Positions 8,936 through 17,640 of a DNA stretch of 32,000 bases are shown one piece after another. Positions within the stretch are counted from its first letter, which is position 1, and each line of letters opens with the position of its first letter. Both the position numbers and the translations under genes were made by a program. The DNA comes from Candidatus Iainarchaeum sp. (GTDB taxonomy: Archaea > Iainarchaeota > Iainarchaeia > Iainarchaeales > JACQJH01). The notes under the pieces were generated by a model that saw only the letters and a list, made by a program, of their open reading frames with translations, made no database searches and was not told where the DNA came from. The DNA is taken from positions 540,001 through 572,000 of the forward strand of contig JACQJH010000001.1 of the NCBI GenBank assembly GCA_016205145.1, given 5' to 3'.

Positions 8936-8941
8936 AATAGC

Positions 8942-9325
8942 ATGGCTTACCGGCTTTCGGAAGAAAAATGGTCCGCGATAAAATCTTATCTGGGCAAAGT
9001 CTGGGATAACCCGGGCAGCTATCCGGACAATGCCCTGATTTTGAGCCTTTCTGATGAAGAAACAACCAGAATTTTTACAAAAAAACGCCTGGAACTAATC
9101 AGGCTTATTCAGGGCAAAAACCCGCAGAGCGCCTCAGCCTTAGGCAAACTGGCCAACCGCAAACTAAGCGCGGTTATGCGGGACCTTGAACTGCTGAAAA
9201 AATTTCACCTGGTTGAATTGAACAAAAAAGGGAAAACTGTTGTTCCCGCAATGACAAAAGAAATAATTGTCATTCCGTTGGCAAAGTTGCCTGCAAAAAA
9301 ACCGGAAGAAATAAAGGCGCTCTGA
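8942..9325 (+). CDS. winged-helix DNA-binding protein (putative antitoxin/regulator of the preceding gene); copy 1 of 3
   Basis: ...ETTRIFTKKRLELIRLIQGKNPQSASALGKLANRKLSAVMRDLELLKKFHLVELNKKGKTVVP.. is an HTH plus wing, 6 nt after the upstream gene. Paralogs lie at 22179..22529 and 22942..23340. Confidence 0.7.
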   Translation: MAYRLSEEKWSAIKSYLGKVWDNPGSYPDNALILSLSDEETTRIFTKKRLELIRLIQGKNPQSASALGKLANRKLSAVMRDLELLKKFHLVELNKKGKTVVPAMTKEIIVIPLAKLPAKKPEEIKAL

Positions 9326-9329
9326 ACGC

Positions 9330-10838
9330 TTACTTTTTTTTGGCCTTTTTTTTCGCCGGCTTTGTTTTTTTTGGCGTTCCGGTTTCAGGTTTTCCCTGCG
9401 CCGGCGAAGGCTTTCTGAGAATAAGCACGACTATCACGAACAGCATCAGGAAAATGCCTATGCCGACTGCCAACAGCATGACTTCAATCGGTGGCAGGGG
9501 CAACGCGCTTTTTGCCTGCGCTGCAATGCTCGCTTCCTCTTTTTTAAGGCAGGCGCCGGCAGCGCAGACCTTTCCTTCGCCGCAAGCCGTGCCTTCCGGA
9601 ACAGGCGTCGAGAGGCACAGGCCGTCCGAACAGGAATTTTTTGTGCAAACATTCCTGTCATCGCAGTCGGCGTCGACAACGCATGCCGTGCTTTTCATTG
9701 CCGGAATGGCCGAATAAGTGGCAATGGGTGCAAGCAGCAATTCAAACTCTTCGGCGCCGATCCTGCTTTTTATGCAGTAGGATATTTTTCCGGCGCCGTC
9801 AAGCCGGATTTCTGGAACGTTGAATTGCACGGCAAGCGGGAACTCCCTTATGACCGAAAACGAGGATTTTGTCGAAAATTCCGAGGCCTTTTTTATTATC
9901 GAGGGGGAAAAGAACTCCGAAACCTTTATTTCGGGCAGCGCTTTCCTGTCCCTGTTCACTATGTCAATGCCGATGTTTGTGACAAAATAGTCGGCGCCGT
10001 TTATCCTGTCGATTACCCTGAAGACCTTGACTCCGCGGCCCATTCTTATCCTGCCGGCGAGTTCTCCGGCCTCAGCCTTGAGGGCGGCGCTTTCTATGCC
10101 GAGCGCCCCGACCCGGCTTTCCGCGCTTTCAGCGGTTTCCGCGTATTCCCTGGACACGTTGAATGTTTCGCTCATTTTTGGCAGGAGCTTCTGCGCGCTT
10201 TCAAGCGACTCGTTTGCCCTCACGACCAGAGACTGCGCCACGAAAAGGTCGCCTTTCTGCAATGCGCTTTTTGCGTCGGAAATGCCCGAATCGCCTTCTG
10301 ACACGAGCCTGTTGAATTCCGACGACTTCGAGTATTCGATGCACGCGAATTTCAGGTATTCTATCTGCGAGTCAAGCTTGAGCTTTGCCTGCTCATACAG
10401 GCTTATGAGGCTGTTCACCACTGCCGGCGTCATTTTTGCGTCGCCGCACGTGGCATCCTTGCGCCCGCTTTTTGTCGTGACCACGTCAGCGGACATGCAC
10501 ACCCTTATGGCTGTGCCAATCTGTGTTTCGCCGCCGCCGCCGCTTGAAACGCAGATTGTGCCCTGCCTGCACACGTTTTCATAGAAAATTATTTTTACCG
10601 TCGTGCTGCCATCCGCCGGAACGGTTATGTTCTGCTGTGAAACCACGGCGGCGCCCTCAAAATTGCCCAATCCGATTGAAACCGGCATGTCCGTGTTTTC
10701 CGTGTTTATCACTGCAAGTTCAAACGTGCCCTGGCTCCTTGTGATTTTTGCGCTTGCCGGGGAAATCGTCAGGGCATGGGCGACGGAAAAAAGCATGATT
10801 GCAGCAAGGAAAAAAATTGCAGGTAAACGATTCCGCAT
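9330..10838 (-). CDS. secreted, C-terminally membrane-anchored surface protein: signal peptide, Ig-like N-domain, helical middle, beta-rich domain, Cys-rich module, TM helix, Lys-rich tail
   Basis: N-terminus MRNRLPAIFFLAAIMLFSVAHA. The N-domain LTISPASAKI...TAIRVCMSADVVT is paralogous to 17641..19059 and 20673..21233. Cys-rich stretch: CVVDADCDDRNVCTKNSCSDGLCLSTPVPEGTACGEGKVCAAGAC. TM helix: IEVMLLAVGIGIFLMLFVIVVLIL. Tail: PKKTKPAKKKAKKK. Confidence 0.75.
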   Translation of the reverse strand: MRNRLPAIFFLAAIMLFSVAHALTISPASAKITRSQGTFELAVINTENTDMPVSIGLGNFEGAAVVSQQNITVPADGSTTVKIIFYENVCRQGTICVSSGGGGETQIGTAIRVCMSADVVTTKSGRKDATCGDAKMTPAVVNSLISLYEQAKLKLDSQIEYLKFACIEYSKSSEFNRLVSEGDSGISDAKSALQKGDLFVAQSLVVRANESLESAQKLLPKMSETFNVSREYAETAESAESRVGALGIESAALKAEAGELAGRIRMGRGVKVFRVIDRINGADYFVTNIGIDIVNRDRKALPEIKVSEFFSPSIIKKASEFSTKSSFSVIREFPLAVQFNVPEIRLDGAGKISYCIKSRIGAEEFELLLAPIATYSAIPAMKSTACVVDADCDDRNVCTKNSCSDGLCLSTPVPEGTACGEGKVCAAGACLKKEEASIAAQAKSALPLPPIEVMLLAVGIGIFLMLFVIVVLILRKPSPAQGKPETGTPKKTKPAKKKAKKK

Positions 10839-11045
10839 TATATGGCACCTGACTCTCGCTTTAGCTTTTTTTTTGCGCGGCCCGGCGTTTTTGCACAGCC
10901 ACTTCGTGCTAAATAGGTAAAATCTTTTATTTAATGGTTTTGGATGGGCGAACCAGCAGACGGATGCGCGCCGGCCGTTCCATGTTCCCGGCCCGGCTTT
11001 TTTTTGGATTTCCGGCTTCCGCCTTTTTTTTTGGTTTTTCTGCGA

Positions 11046-12986
11046 ATGAAAAAATTTAAATGCCCCGACATGCTGTTTAATTGCATGCAGGAATTATTCG
11101 GGCGCAGGCTTCTGTTTGCATTGCTGTGCCTTGCCGCGCTTTTTGCCTTGGCGCTTGTCCTCTATCCCATTGCGGGCAAAAGCAATGCGCAACAGGCAAC
11201 CGGTGCACCCGCAGCCAAGGCGATTGCCTCGGCGCCCGGCTGGTCAAATGTCGGCCTGTGCGCCAGCGAGACCTGCGCATTGGACGATGAATGCGTCAGG
11301 AAGTGTGCAACCATAGCGGAAACCGTTTTCCCCGTGGCCTTCGCGGCCGGCTCGGGCTTCGGCCGCGCCGCAGGCAGCAACGTGGGCGAAGACGAACGCG
11401 GCTTGTTCCAGGTGCCCGGCAATTCCGGAAAATGCGGTGCGCCCGCGGTTTTCTATTCCAGGGTTCTGGATGCGGGAAAGGAAACGGATTTCGGGAACAT
11501 CGGATGGTCTTTTTCAGGTTCGCCGGATTTTTCGGTTTCGGTCCGGACAGGCGATTTTGACGGCAATGCGATTGCGTGGTCGGCCTGGTCGGAAAACCTT
11601 TTCGACGGCGTTTCGGCTGCGTCCGCGGTTCCCGGAGAAGGCAGGCTATTCCAGTTCAGGCTTTTTTTCAGGGAAGGCAGATGCGCCAGAATTGAGTCCA
11701 TTGCAATCGGGGAACGCGAAAAAATAACCGTCAAACCGGAAAGCATCGGGGGAAAAAGCCTGCCGAAGAACCTCGACGAGTCCAATCTTGAAAGCCGGTA
11801 CGGCGTGAACAACCACATTTCTTCGGCCACGCTTGGCGCCTTGAGCAAGGCCGGCTTCGGCTGGGTAAGGGATGACATGCCCTGGCAGGAAATCGAGCAG
11901 GCAAAGGGAAAAAAGCTGGTGCCGGAAAAAATTGACCGGTATATTTCCAATGCAAGGGATTTCGGCATGCACGTTCTCCCCGTACTTTCATATGGCACCG
12001 CATGGTGGGCCGCGGAATCGTTCAACCCGCAATCGTTTGCAGATTTTGCCGGCTTTGTCGCCGCAAAATACCGTTTCGGATACTATGAAATCTGGAACGA
12101 GGAAAACCTCGGCAGGTTCTGGGAGCCATGGTTCAACGAGCCGCCGAACCCGAAAAGGTATGCCGCCATATTCAAGGCGGCGTCGGCGCGCATAAAATCA
12201 GTGGAACCTGATGCCAAAATAATCGTCGGCGGAACCGTGGGCGCGGACGCCAATTTCATTGGCGCGCTTTTCGGCGAGGGCATAGCGGACTACGCAGACG
12301 TTGTGGCATTCCACCCGTACAGGTCGGCTTGCCCCATCGAGGAATACCTTGGCGATTTCACAAAACTGAGGGAAACCGTCGAGGCCCGCACGGACAAGCG
12401 CATTGGCTATTGGATAACCGAGGTCGGCTATCAGACAAAGGAAAACGGCCGGGTTTTCGCCCTGGATGAGGAAAGCCAGGCAAAAATGCTGGCAAGGGTA
12501 ATGCTTTTTACGCTCTCGCTTCCGATTGAAAAGGTTTTCTGGTATGATTCCGCGGACTCCGATTCAAAGGACGGCGAGGACAACTTTTACGGCCTGCTTG
12601 GCCGGGATGGCCGGCCGAAGGAATCCTATCGTGCCGCCGCGACAATCATAAGCCTGCTCAAGAACGCCGCGCCCGTGAATGCCTCAGTGGCCGCGGGAAA
12701 ACCCGAAAATCTTGAAGTGCACCTGTTTTCCGTGGAAGACAGGCTTTACCTTGCGGCATGGTATTTTTACGGCTGTGAAAAGGCGCGCGGAATAATGCCG
12801 GTGCGGCCCATAAAGGCGACTGTTGAACTCGGTTCTCCTGACTATCTTGCGCCGACGCAGATCAACATTGAAACCGGCGAAAGAACGCCCTTATATTACA
12901 CACGGCTGAGCAATGGAATCGCGGTTGACATTGCCATCAGCGACATGCCAATATTGATAGAGCTTTCAAAAGCGGGGGCGGCTTGA
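11046..12986 (+). CDS. secreted/anchored glycoside hydrolase, clan GH-A (TIM-barrel, GH5/GH39-like) with an N-terminal beta-rich accessory region
   Basis: A hydrophobic N-terminal segment (RRLLFALLCLAALFALALVLYPIAG). YYEIWNEENLGRFW is an NE-type acid/base motif and GYWITEVGYQT is a TE nucleophile motif, with spacing typical of clan GH-A. The start is uncertain: 10944, 11046 and 11086 are all possible. Confidence 0.75.
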   Translation: MKKFKCPDMLFNCMQELFGRRLLFALLCLAALFALALVLYPIAGKSNAQQATGAPAAKAIASAPGWSNVGLCASETCALDDECVRKCATIAETVFPVAFAAGSGFGRAAGSNVGEDERGLFQVPGNSGKCGAPAVFYSRVLDAGKETDFGNIGWSFSGSPDFSVSVRTGDFDGNAIAWSAWSENLFDGVSAASAVPGEGRLFQFRLFFREGRCARIESIAIGEREKITVKPESIGGKSLPKNLDESNLESRYGVNNHISSATLGALSKAGFGWVRDDMPWQEIEQAKGKKLVPEKIDRYISNARDFGMHVLPVLSYGTAWWAAESFNPQSFADFAGFVAAKYRFGYYEIWNEENLGRFWEPWFNEPPNPKRYAAIFKAASARIKSVEPDAKIIVGGTVGADANFIGALFGEGIADYADVVAFHPYRSACPIEEYLGDFTKLRETVEARTDKRIGYWITEVGYQTKENGRVFALDEESQAKMLARVMLFTLSLPIEKVFWYDSADSDSKDGEDNFYGLLGRDGRPKESYRAAATIISLLKNAAPVNASVAAGKPENLEVHLFSVEDRLYLAAWYFYGCEKARGIMPVRPIKATVELGSPDYLAPTQINIETGERTPLYYTRLSNGIAVDIAISDMPILIELSKAGAA

Positions 12987-13007
12987 AGCCCATTGCCTTT
13001 AAGCAGG

Positions 13008-14690
13008 TTAGCTGCACGCCGTCGCCTGTGCATAAGCTGTCATGGTTATCACGCCGCCGGAATAGGTTCCTGATTCGATTTTGGGGATTGCCATGTACCA
13101 GTACGTGTCCTGTGCCGCGGCCGTGCTTGTCGACACTGTTCCCCGGCCCCAATTATTCAAAATCCGGGAAACGCAGTTCGTGTTCGTTATCGACGTCGAG
13201 TTCGCATTGATGTCGGTCGTCGAAGGCGTTCCAATCTGGCTTGCTTTCCAGTAAATGCTGTCCCCTTCAAGAAAATCAGGGCTTGAGAAAGTCGTGCTCA
13301 TGTACGCGTACACTTTCTCCTCAATGTTTCCGGTATGCGTTACGATTATGCGTTCCGCAGGCGAACCACCGCAGCTAAGGGCAATGTTCGTGTCGGCATC
13401 GGCTTCGAAAGTGCACGAACTCCGGTCCAATGAAATGCCTATTGTAGTGTTCATTGCAACTGCATTTGCAGACTGGGTGTTTGCGCTGTTGCCGGTGTAG
13501 TCCTGGGCAATCATGCCGATGCCGTAGTTTCCGTTCACGTCCTTTACGCTTATGCCGGAATCGCTTGTAAGATCCGGGTCCGGCGGAATCTGGCCGCAGA
13601 TGTTTTCATCCGCCAGGGCCATCGAGGTTTTTGAATTGCCTGTCGAGCAGTCGAAAAACGACGTTGTCCTGTGCCGGTCCCAGGCATTGCCGGAATCCGC
13701 GTCATTCAAAGTGAACGCATTGCTCCACAACAGCATCCTGGAATTTGCGAGGTCGATGCTCGGATTTCCACCCCAGTCGAAAACCGTTGCCTTCAGGCAC
13801 AGGTAATCGGTTCCCGGAGTGAAGCCGCTGACGCTTGTTGCGGACGTGGCAAACTCGGTTGACGTGCACGCCGACGAGGATTTTGTAAGATAGAGTGCGG
13901 AAACCGACGGGCTCTTGTTGTCCACGTACGCGAAATTCCGGTCATCCTGACCGATGATGGCAAGTTCTGCGCCGGCGCTGTTAAGCTGGTAGGCACGGAC
14001 GACAATGTTGTAGTCGGATGTCCGGTCAAGCAGGACGTTTTCGTCGTACTCGCAGTAAATCGGCGCCCCCCAGCCGGCAAGAGGCCTTTCAGTGTTTTCG
14101 CCGGATGGCTGCAGCCTGCATGGATAAGGCGTCTTCCTTGAATTGAATTCCGGGGCGGCCTCGAGTGACTGGCCGCTGCGCTGGATGAAAACATTCAGGT
14201 CATAACCAGGGTTTGTGGAGCAGGCGGCGTCGTCTGACGAATTGATGACATTTCCGTCAGTGGAACAATAAAACGGCGTTCCCTCGAAGGTAATGTTCTT
14301 GTCGAAAATCACCTGGTTCTGCTCCGGCCTCACTATGTTGATATCCGCGTACATCTGGTCGTCTTCGCCGTCGCCGTCGTTGTCCTTGCCCGTCGTGCAC
14401 GGCAAAACTATCGGATAGCCGCCGCAAAGCCCGACGGTGGGGTCGCTGCATGTATCATAGGGCGTGCACGGCGTGAGGATTGGCAGGCACGTTGCAAGGT
14501 TCTGGTAGCCGCCGCAGTCAAATGCATTGCAGCAGGTCGCGTCCCCCGGGCACGGGTCATCAGTGCACGTCGGATAAAAACAGCATTCGTCGGCATTCGT
14601 TGCCGGAAACAAAAAAACCAGGGCAAGAAAAGCCGTGAACGCGAACAGAAGCGCGGTTTTCAGTGCCGGTGCAAGCCTGTCATTTGACAT
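13008..14690 (-). CDS. secreted modular surface protein P560: signal/TM, ~70-aa Cys-rich head, unique region, shared module A, shared C-terminal module B
   Basis: Signal region ALKTALLFAFTAFLALVFLFPATNA. Cys-rich head: DECCFYPTCTDDPCPGDATCCNAFDCGG...CTPYDTCSD. Module A (..GFTPGTDYLCLKATVFDWGGNPSIDL..NAWDRHRTTSFFDCSTGNSKTSM..) is shared with 16279..17583 and 19081..20118. Module B (..THTGNIEEKVYAYMSTTF...TAYAQATACS) is shared with 19081..20118. Confidence 0.75.
   Translation of the reverse strand: MSNDRLAPALKTALLFAFTAFLALVFLFPATNADECCFYPTCTDDPCPGDATCCNAFDCGGYQNLATCLPILTPCTPYDTCSDPTVGLCGGYPIVLPCTTGKDNDGDGEDDQMYADINIVRPEQNQVIFDKNITFEGTPFYCSTDGNVINSSDDAACSTNPGYDLNVFIQRSGQSLEAAPEFNSRKTPYPCRLQPSGENTERPLAGWGAPIYCEYDENVLLDRTSDYNIVVRAYQLNSAGAELAIIGQDDRNFAYVDNKSPSVSALYLTKSSSACTSTEFATSATSVSGFTPGTDYLCLKATVFDWGGNPSIDLANSRMLLWSNAFTLNDADSGNAWDRHRTTSFFDCSTGNSKTSMALADENICGQIPPDPDLTSDSGISVKDVNGNYGIGMIAQDYTGNSANTQSANAVAMNTTIGISLDRSSCTFEADADTNIALSCGGSPAERIIVTHTGNIEEKVYAYMSTTFSSPDFLEGDSIYWKASQIGTPSTTDINANSTSITNTNCVSRILNNWGRGTVSTSTAAAQDTYWYMAIPKIESGTYSGGVITMTAYAQATACS
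13166..13239. repeat. 74-nt patch nearly identical (2 mismatches by eye) to 19239..19312, inside otherwise diverged paralogous genes
   Basis: gggaaacgcagttcgtgttcgttatcgacgtcgagttcgcattgatgtc[g/a]gtcgtcgaaggcgttcc[a/g]atctgg is present at both loci. It encodes ...QIGTPSTTDINANSTSITNTNCVS on the minus strand. Confidence 0.85.
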
Positions 14691-16206
14691 AGATTTCTAT
14701 CCTGTTGGCAATTCCTTTAAGCGAATATGCCTTGTCCATTCCGTGGCATGACAGCTTCCACCGGAATTCCTTTCCCTGGTGCCCGTCCCTGAAAATTTGC
14801 GAGACAGCATACTTTTCCATTGACGAAAAAATTTTTTTACAATCCCCGGAATCGATGGCATCCGTTGTTTCAGTGAGCATTTCCTTGTCAGGGGTTCCCA
14901 TTCTCGCGGCAGGCACGGGTGACACTTTAAGGCCCGTCAGGACGTTGATAGCGCGCCCGCTTTCGGGAAATGCGAGAACCGCGCCGCCCGAACCATTGGC
15001 TTTGAGCCATTCAATGGCATGCTTTTGCGCGCCGGAATCAAATGCCCTGGCGCCCGAATCCCGTGCTTCGCCTTGCTCCGACACAAGCCCTGATGCGGGC
15101 ACCGCCAAAAGCAACAGCGCGGCAACCGCGAAAAACGTTCCCGAATGCTTTCCTGAAAAAAACCTTTCCATGATGAAATAAAACCCGAAGCCCGCGAACA
15201 GCGATGCAAAAAGGGAGAACAGGCTGAAAAGCCTTGCCGCCGGCGCAAGAAAAGAATAGCCGTTGGTGGTGAAAAGCACGAACAGCGCGCTCAAAAAAAA
15301 CGCCTCAACCACAAGCGGCACTATTTCATCGGCGGGCTTGCGCATGAACGCCAGGCCGGCCAGTCCAACCACCGAAAAAATCATGATAAGCGGGCTCACC
15401 CCCGAAAAAATGTTGAGGTTTTTTTCCGACACGGAATACGGCTCGAAAAAGAACGATTTCACCATTTCATCGGCCTGTCCCGTGCCATTGCTCAGGAAAT
15501 CCGTGTACGCGTAGAAAAGCGCCGGCACCACCGCAAGCGCGAGGACGAAAAAAATCTTGTGCCTCAGGAATGCCCTTATGTCAATGAGAAAATAAAACGC
15601 GAAAAGCGGCGCCAGAAGCAGGCTGTAAACGGGATAAATCGCGGTTCCGCCGGCAAGAACCGTGAAAAACGCCAGCAGGAATTTTTTGGATTCCGCGGAC
15701 CTGAAAAACAGGTAAATCAGAAGCGGCACCATTGCAAGGCCCAATCCCATCGGCGCAAAATACCGGAAGCCGAGCAGGAAAGCCGTGGGCTTCATGGCAA
15801 GCACCGCCAGCGCCGAGAAAATTCCCGCGGCAGGGCTCCTGAGGAAATGCCTTACCAAAATGAACGTCGAAAGCATGGCGATGAAAGTAACTATTGTGGG
15901 AAAAATCAGCGACAGGGCGAATGCGTCCAGGCCCGTGAAAATGACAAGCAATGCCATGAGGGCATGGAACCCGAATTCGGGGTTCTCAAACAATGCCTGT
16001 TCCTCCGAATGCACGTAATATGGTTCCTGCGCGGCAAGGGATTTTCCGGCAACCATGCCGTTGATTATCGCCACATGGTCCCATGAATCAGCGACAAGCG
16101 GAAAAGGATGTGAAACATAAATCGCCCCGCCGGCGAGGAACGCGCTTGACAAAAACAGCAATGCTATCGCAAATTTTTCCACTGTTTCCACCGGAAAACC
16201 GTTCAC
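14680..16206 (-). CDS. polytopic integral membrane protein (~11-13 TM) with a C-terminal soluble domain; GT-C-fold glycosyltransferase-like or polymerase-like (inferred)
   Basis: Continuous hydrophobic segments span the first ~370 aa. An acidic motif sits in the first loop (PLVADSWDH), and a ~130-aa hydrophilic C-terminal domain follows. Its stop overlaps the start of 13008..14690 by 11 nt. No WWDYG-type AglB motif was seen. Confidence 0.7.
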   Translation of the reverse strand: MNGFPVETVEKFAIALLFLSSAFLAGGAIYVSHPFPLVADSWDHVAIINGMVAGKSLAAQEPYYVHSEEQALFENPEFGFHALMALLVIFTGLDAFALSLIFPTIVTFIAMLSTFILVRHFLRSPAAGIFSALAVLAMKPTAFLLGFRYFAPMGLGLAMVPLLIYLFFRSAESKKFLLAFFTVLAGGTAIYPVYSLLLAPLFAFYFLIDIRAFLRHKIFFVLALAVVPALFYAYTDFLSNGTGQADEMVKSFFFEPYSVSEKNLNIFSGVSPLIMIFSVVGLAGLAFMRKPADEIVPLVVEAFFLSALFVLFTTNGYSFLAPAARLFSLFSLFASLFAGFGFYFIMERFFSGKHSGTFFAVAALLLLAVPASGLVSEQGEARDSGARAFDSGAQKHAIEWLKANGSGGAVLAFPESGRAINVLTGLKVSPVPAARMGTPDKEMLTETTDAIDSGDCKKIFSSMEKYAVSQIFRDGHQGKEFRWKLSCHGMDKAYSLKGIANRIEIYVK

Positions 16207-16278
16207 AAGATTAATGTTTTTTCATATAAAAATCTGTTGCGGCAAAGCAATTCTTCCGCGTTGCCGGTCCACCAATTT

Positions 16279-17583
16279 TTATTTTTTGCCCCCGGCTTTC
16301 CAAAGCCTTGGCGCCACTCCGAAAACCTCAAGCAATGAAACAAGGACGCCGGCGGGCTGGGCCAGCAGGAGCCCGGCCATGACTGCAATGAACGCGAAAA
16401 AAAACGCGAACGCCGTTTTTTGCGGTATTGACAGCGCCTTATTCAGCAGGGGCCTGCGTTTAAGCGCGAAAACCCCCCTGCTCCTGTAGAAAATTATCAT
16501 GAACACTGCGAGGCCTGAAACCCAGAGCAGGGAAAAGTCTTCCGTGTCCAGTTTTTTCCCGATTTCCCTTGTAACCGGAACCGACACCGCGATGCCCGTT
16601 CCAGGCACACGCACGCTCCGTTTCACGATTGCCGGGGCGGGCGTCACAGTGAAAGAGGCCTTTGTAGTTATTTCCACATACTTTATCAGAACAGTGTAAG
16701 CGCCCGGTCCGGAGGGCTTGAATTCAAATTCCCATTCCGAAACCGGCAATTTTTCCACGTGCCCGTCCGGAAAAATCATGAAAACCGAAACCCCTGAAAC
16801 GGAAACGTTTTCGTCTGACACTGAAATCGTTATTTTCTGCGTCTGATCGGATTCGATGGCCGGAAACTCCAGGGAAACCGCTGCCTGCGGCTTGCGTTCC
16901 ACGGGCTTGGCCGGCGGCAATCCCCCGGAACCAGGCGGCGACACGGTTCCGCCGCCGGCCTGCGACACCGTTGCCGCGGGCGTGGAAGCCGAAGCGCAGT
17001 TTGCAATCGACGTGGAGAATGCAACCGCGTTTGAAACGGTTTGCGTGGCCGGCGCATTCCCTGCATTGGTGTCCTGGACAACGGCCTTAACGCTCCACGC
17101 GCACTTGCTTATCGATGAAAGGCTGATTGAAACCGAGCCGGGGGAAATCTGAGCGCAAAACGATTCGTCGGAATTCGCCATAGTGGTTTTTGATGCGCCG
17201 GTTGAACAGTCGGCAAAGCCGACGGAATCCGTGGAAATCCGGATGTAATCCCACGAATTGGAATTGTTGTCCTCGGAAATCCTGTCCGCGACGGCAACCA
17301 CGAAATTGCTGTCTGAAAGCGAAATAGTCCTGTTTCCGCTTGAATCCCTTGCCTCGACCCTAAGGCACAGGTAATCCGTTCCCGGAACAAAACCCGTTGT
17401 TGAAATTGCTTCGGAGGCAAAATCGGATGCGGTGCAGTTGGAATCCGCTTTGGCCACGTACAGGCCGGAAATGCCCGGGGCATCGTTGAGGACAACCCCC
17501 GAAACGGTTATCGTGGACGCCGCGGCGTAGCTTATGAAAATCAGCATCAAGGCCGCGGCCGCAAAAAAATTTTTTTCCAACAT
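16279..17583 (-). CDS. secreted modular surface protein P434: signal peptide, shared module A, Pro/Gly linker, Ig-like domain, two C-terminal TM helices
   Basis: Signal peptide MLEKNFFAAAALMLIFISYAAA. Module A: GFVPGTDYLCLRVEARDSSGNRTISL..NSWDYIRIS..FADCSTGASKTTM. Linker: GGGTVSPPGSGGLPPAKP. C-terminus: LLWVSGLAVFMIIFY...FAFFFAFIAVMAGLLLA. Confidence 0.75.
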   Translation of the reverse strand: MLEKNFFAAAALMLIFISYAAASTITVSGVVLNDAPGISGLYVAKADSNCTASDFASEAISTTGFVPGTDYLCLRVEARDSSGNRTISLSDSNFVVAVADRISEDNNSNSWDYIRISTDSVGFADCSTGASKTTMANSDESFCAQISPGSVSISLSSISKCAWSVKAVVQDTNAGNAPATQTVSNAVAFSTSIANCASASTPAATVSQAGGGTVSPPGSGGLPPAKPVERKPQAAVSLEFPAIESDQTQKITISVSDENVSVSGVSVFMIFPDGHVEKLPVSEWEFEFKPSGPGAYTVLIKYVEITTKASFTVTPAPAIVKRSVRVPGTGIAVSVPVTREIGKKLDTEDFSLLWVSGLAVFMIIFYRSRGVFALKRRPLLNKALSIPQKTAFAFFFAFIAVMAGLLLAQPAGVLVSLLEVFGVAPRLWKAGGKK

Positions 17584-17640
17584 CGCCTTCAGGATATACT
17601 AATCACTTTTAGAATATAAACGTGGGTAAACGCGGGCGGC

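Noticed and set aside
9340-10584. Plus-strand ORFs 9340..9717, 9825..10301 and 10027..10584, opposite the 502-aa surface protein gene
   Set aside because: The minus-strand product has a coherent signal peptide, domain paralogy with 17641..19059 and a TM anchor. The plus-strand frames are fragmented and low-complexity.
11453-12025. Minus-strand ORFs (11453..12025, 11646..11972 and 11731..12003) inside the glycosidase gene
   Set aside because: They are antisense to a frame carrying clan GH-A catalytic motifs, they overlap one another, and their composition is Ser/Pro/Arg-rich.
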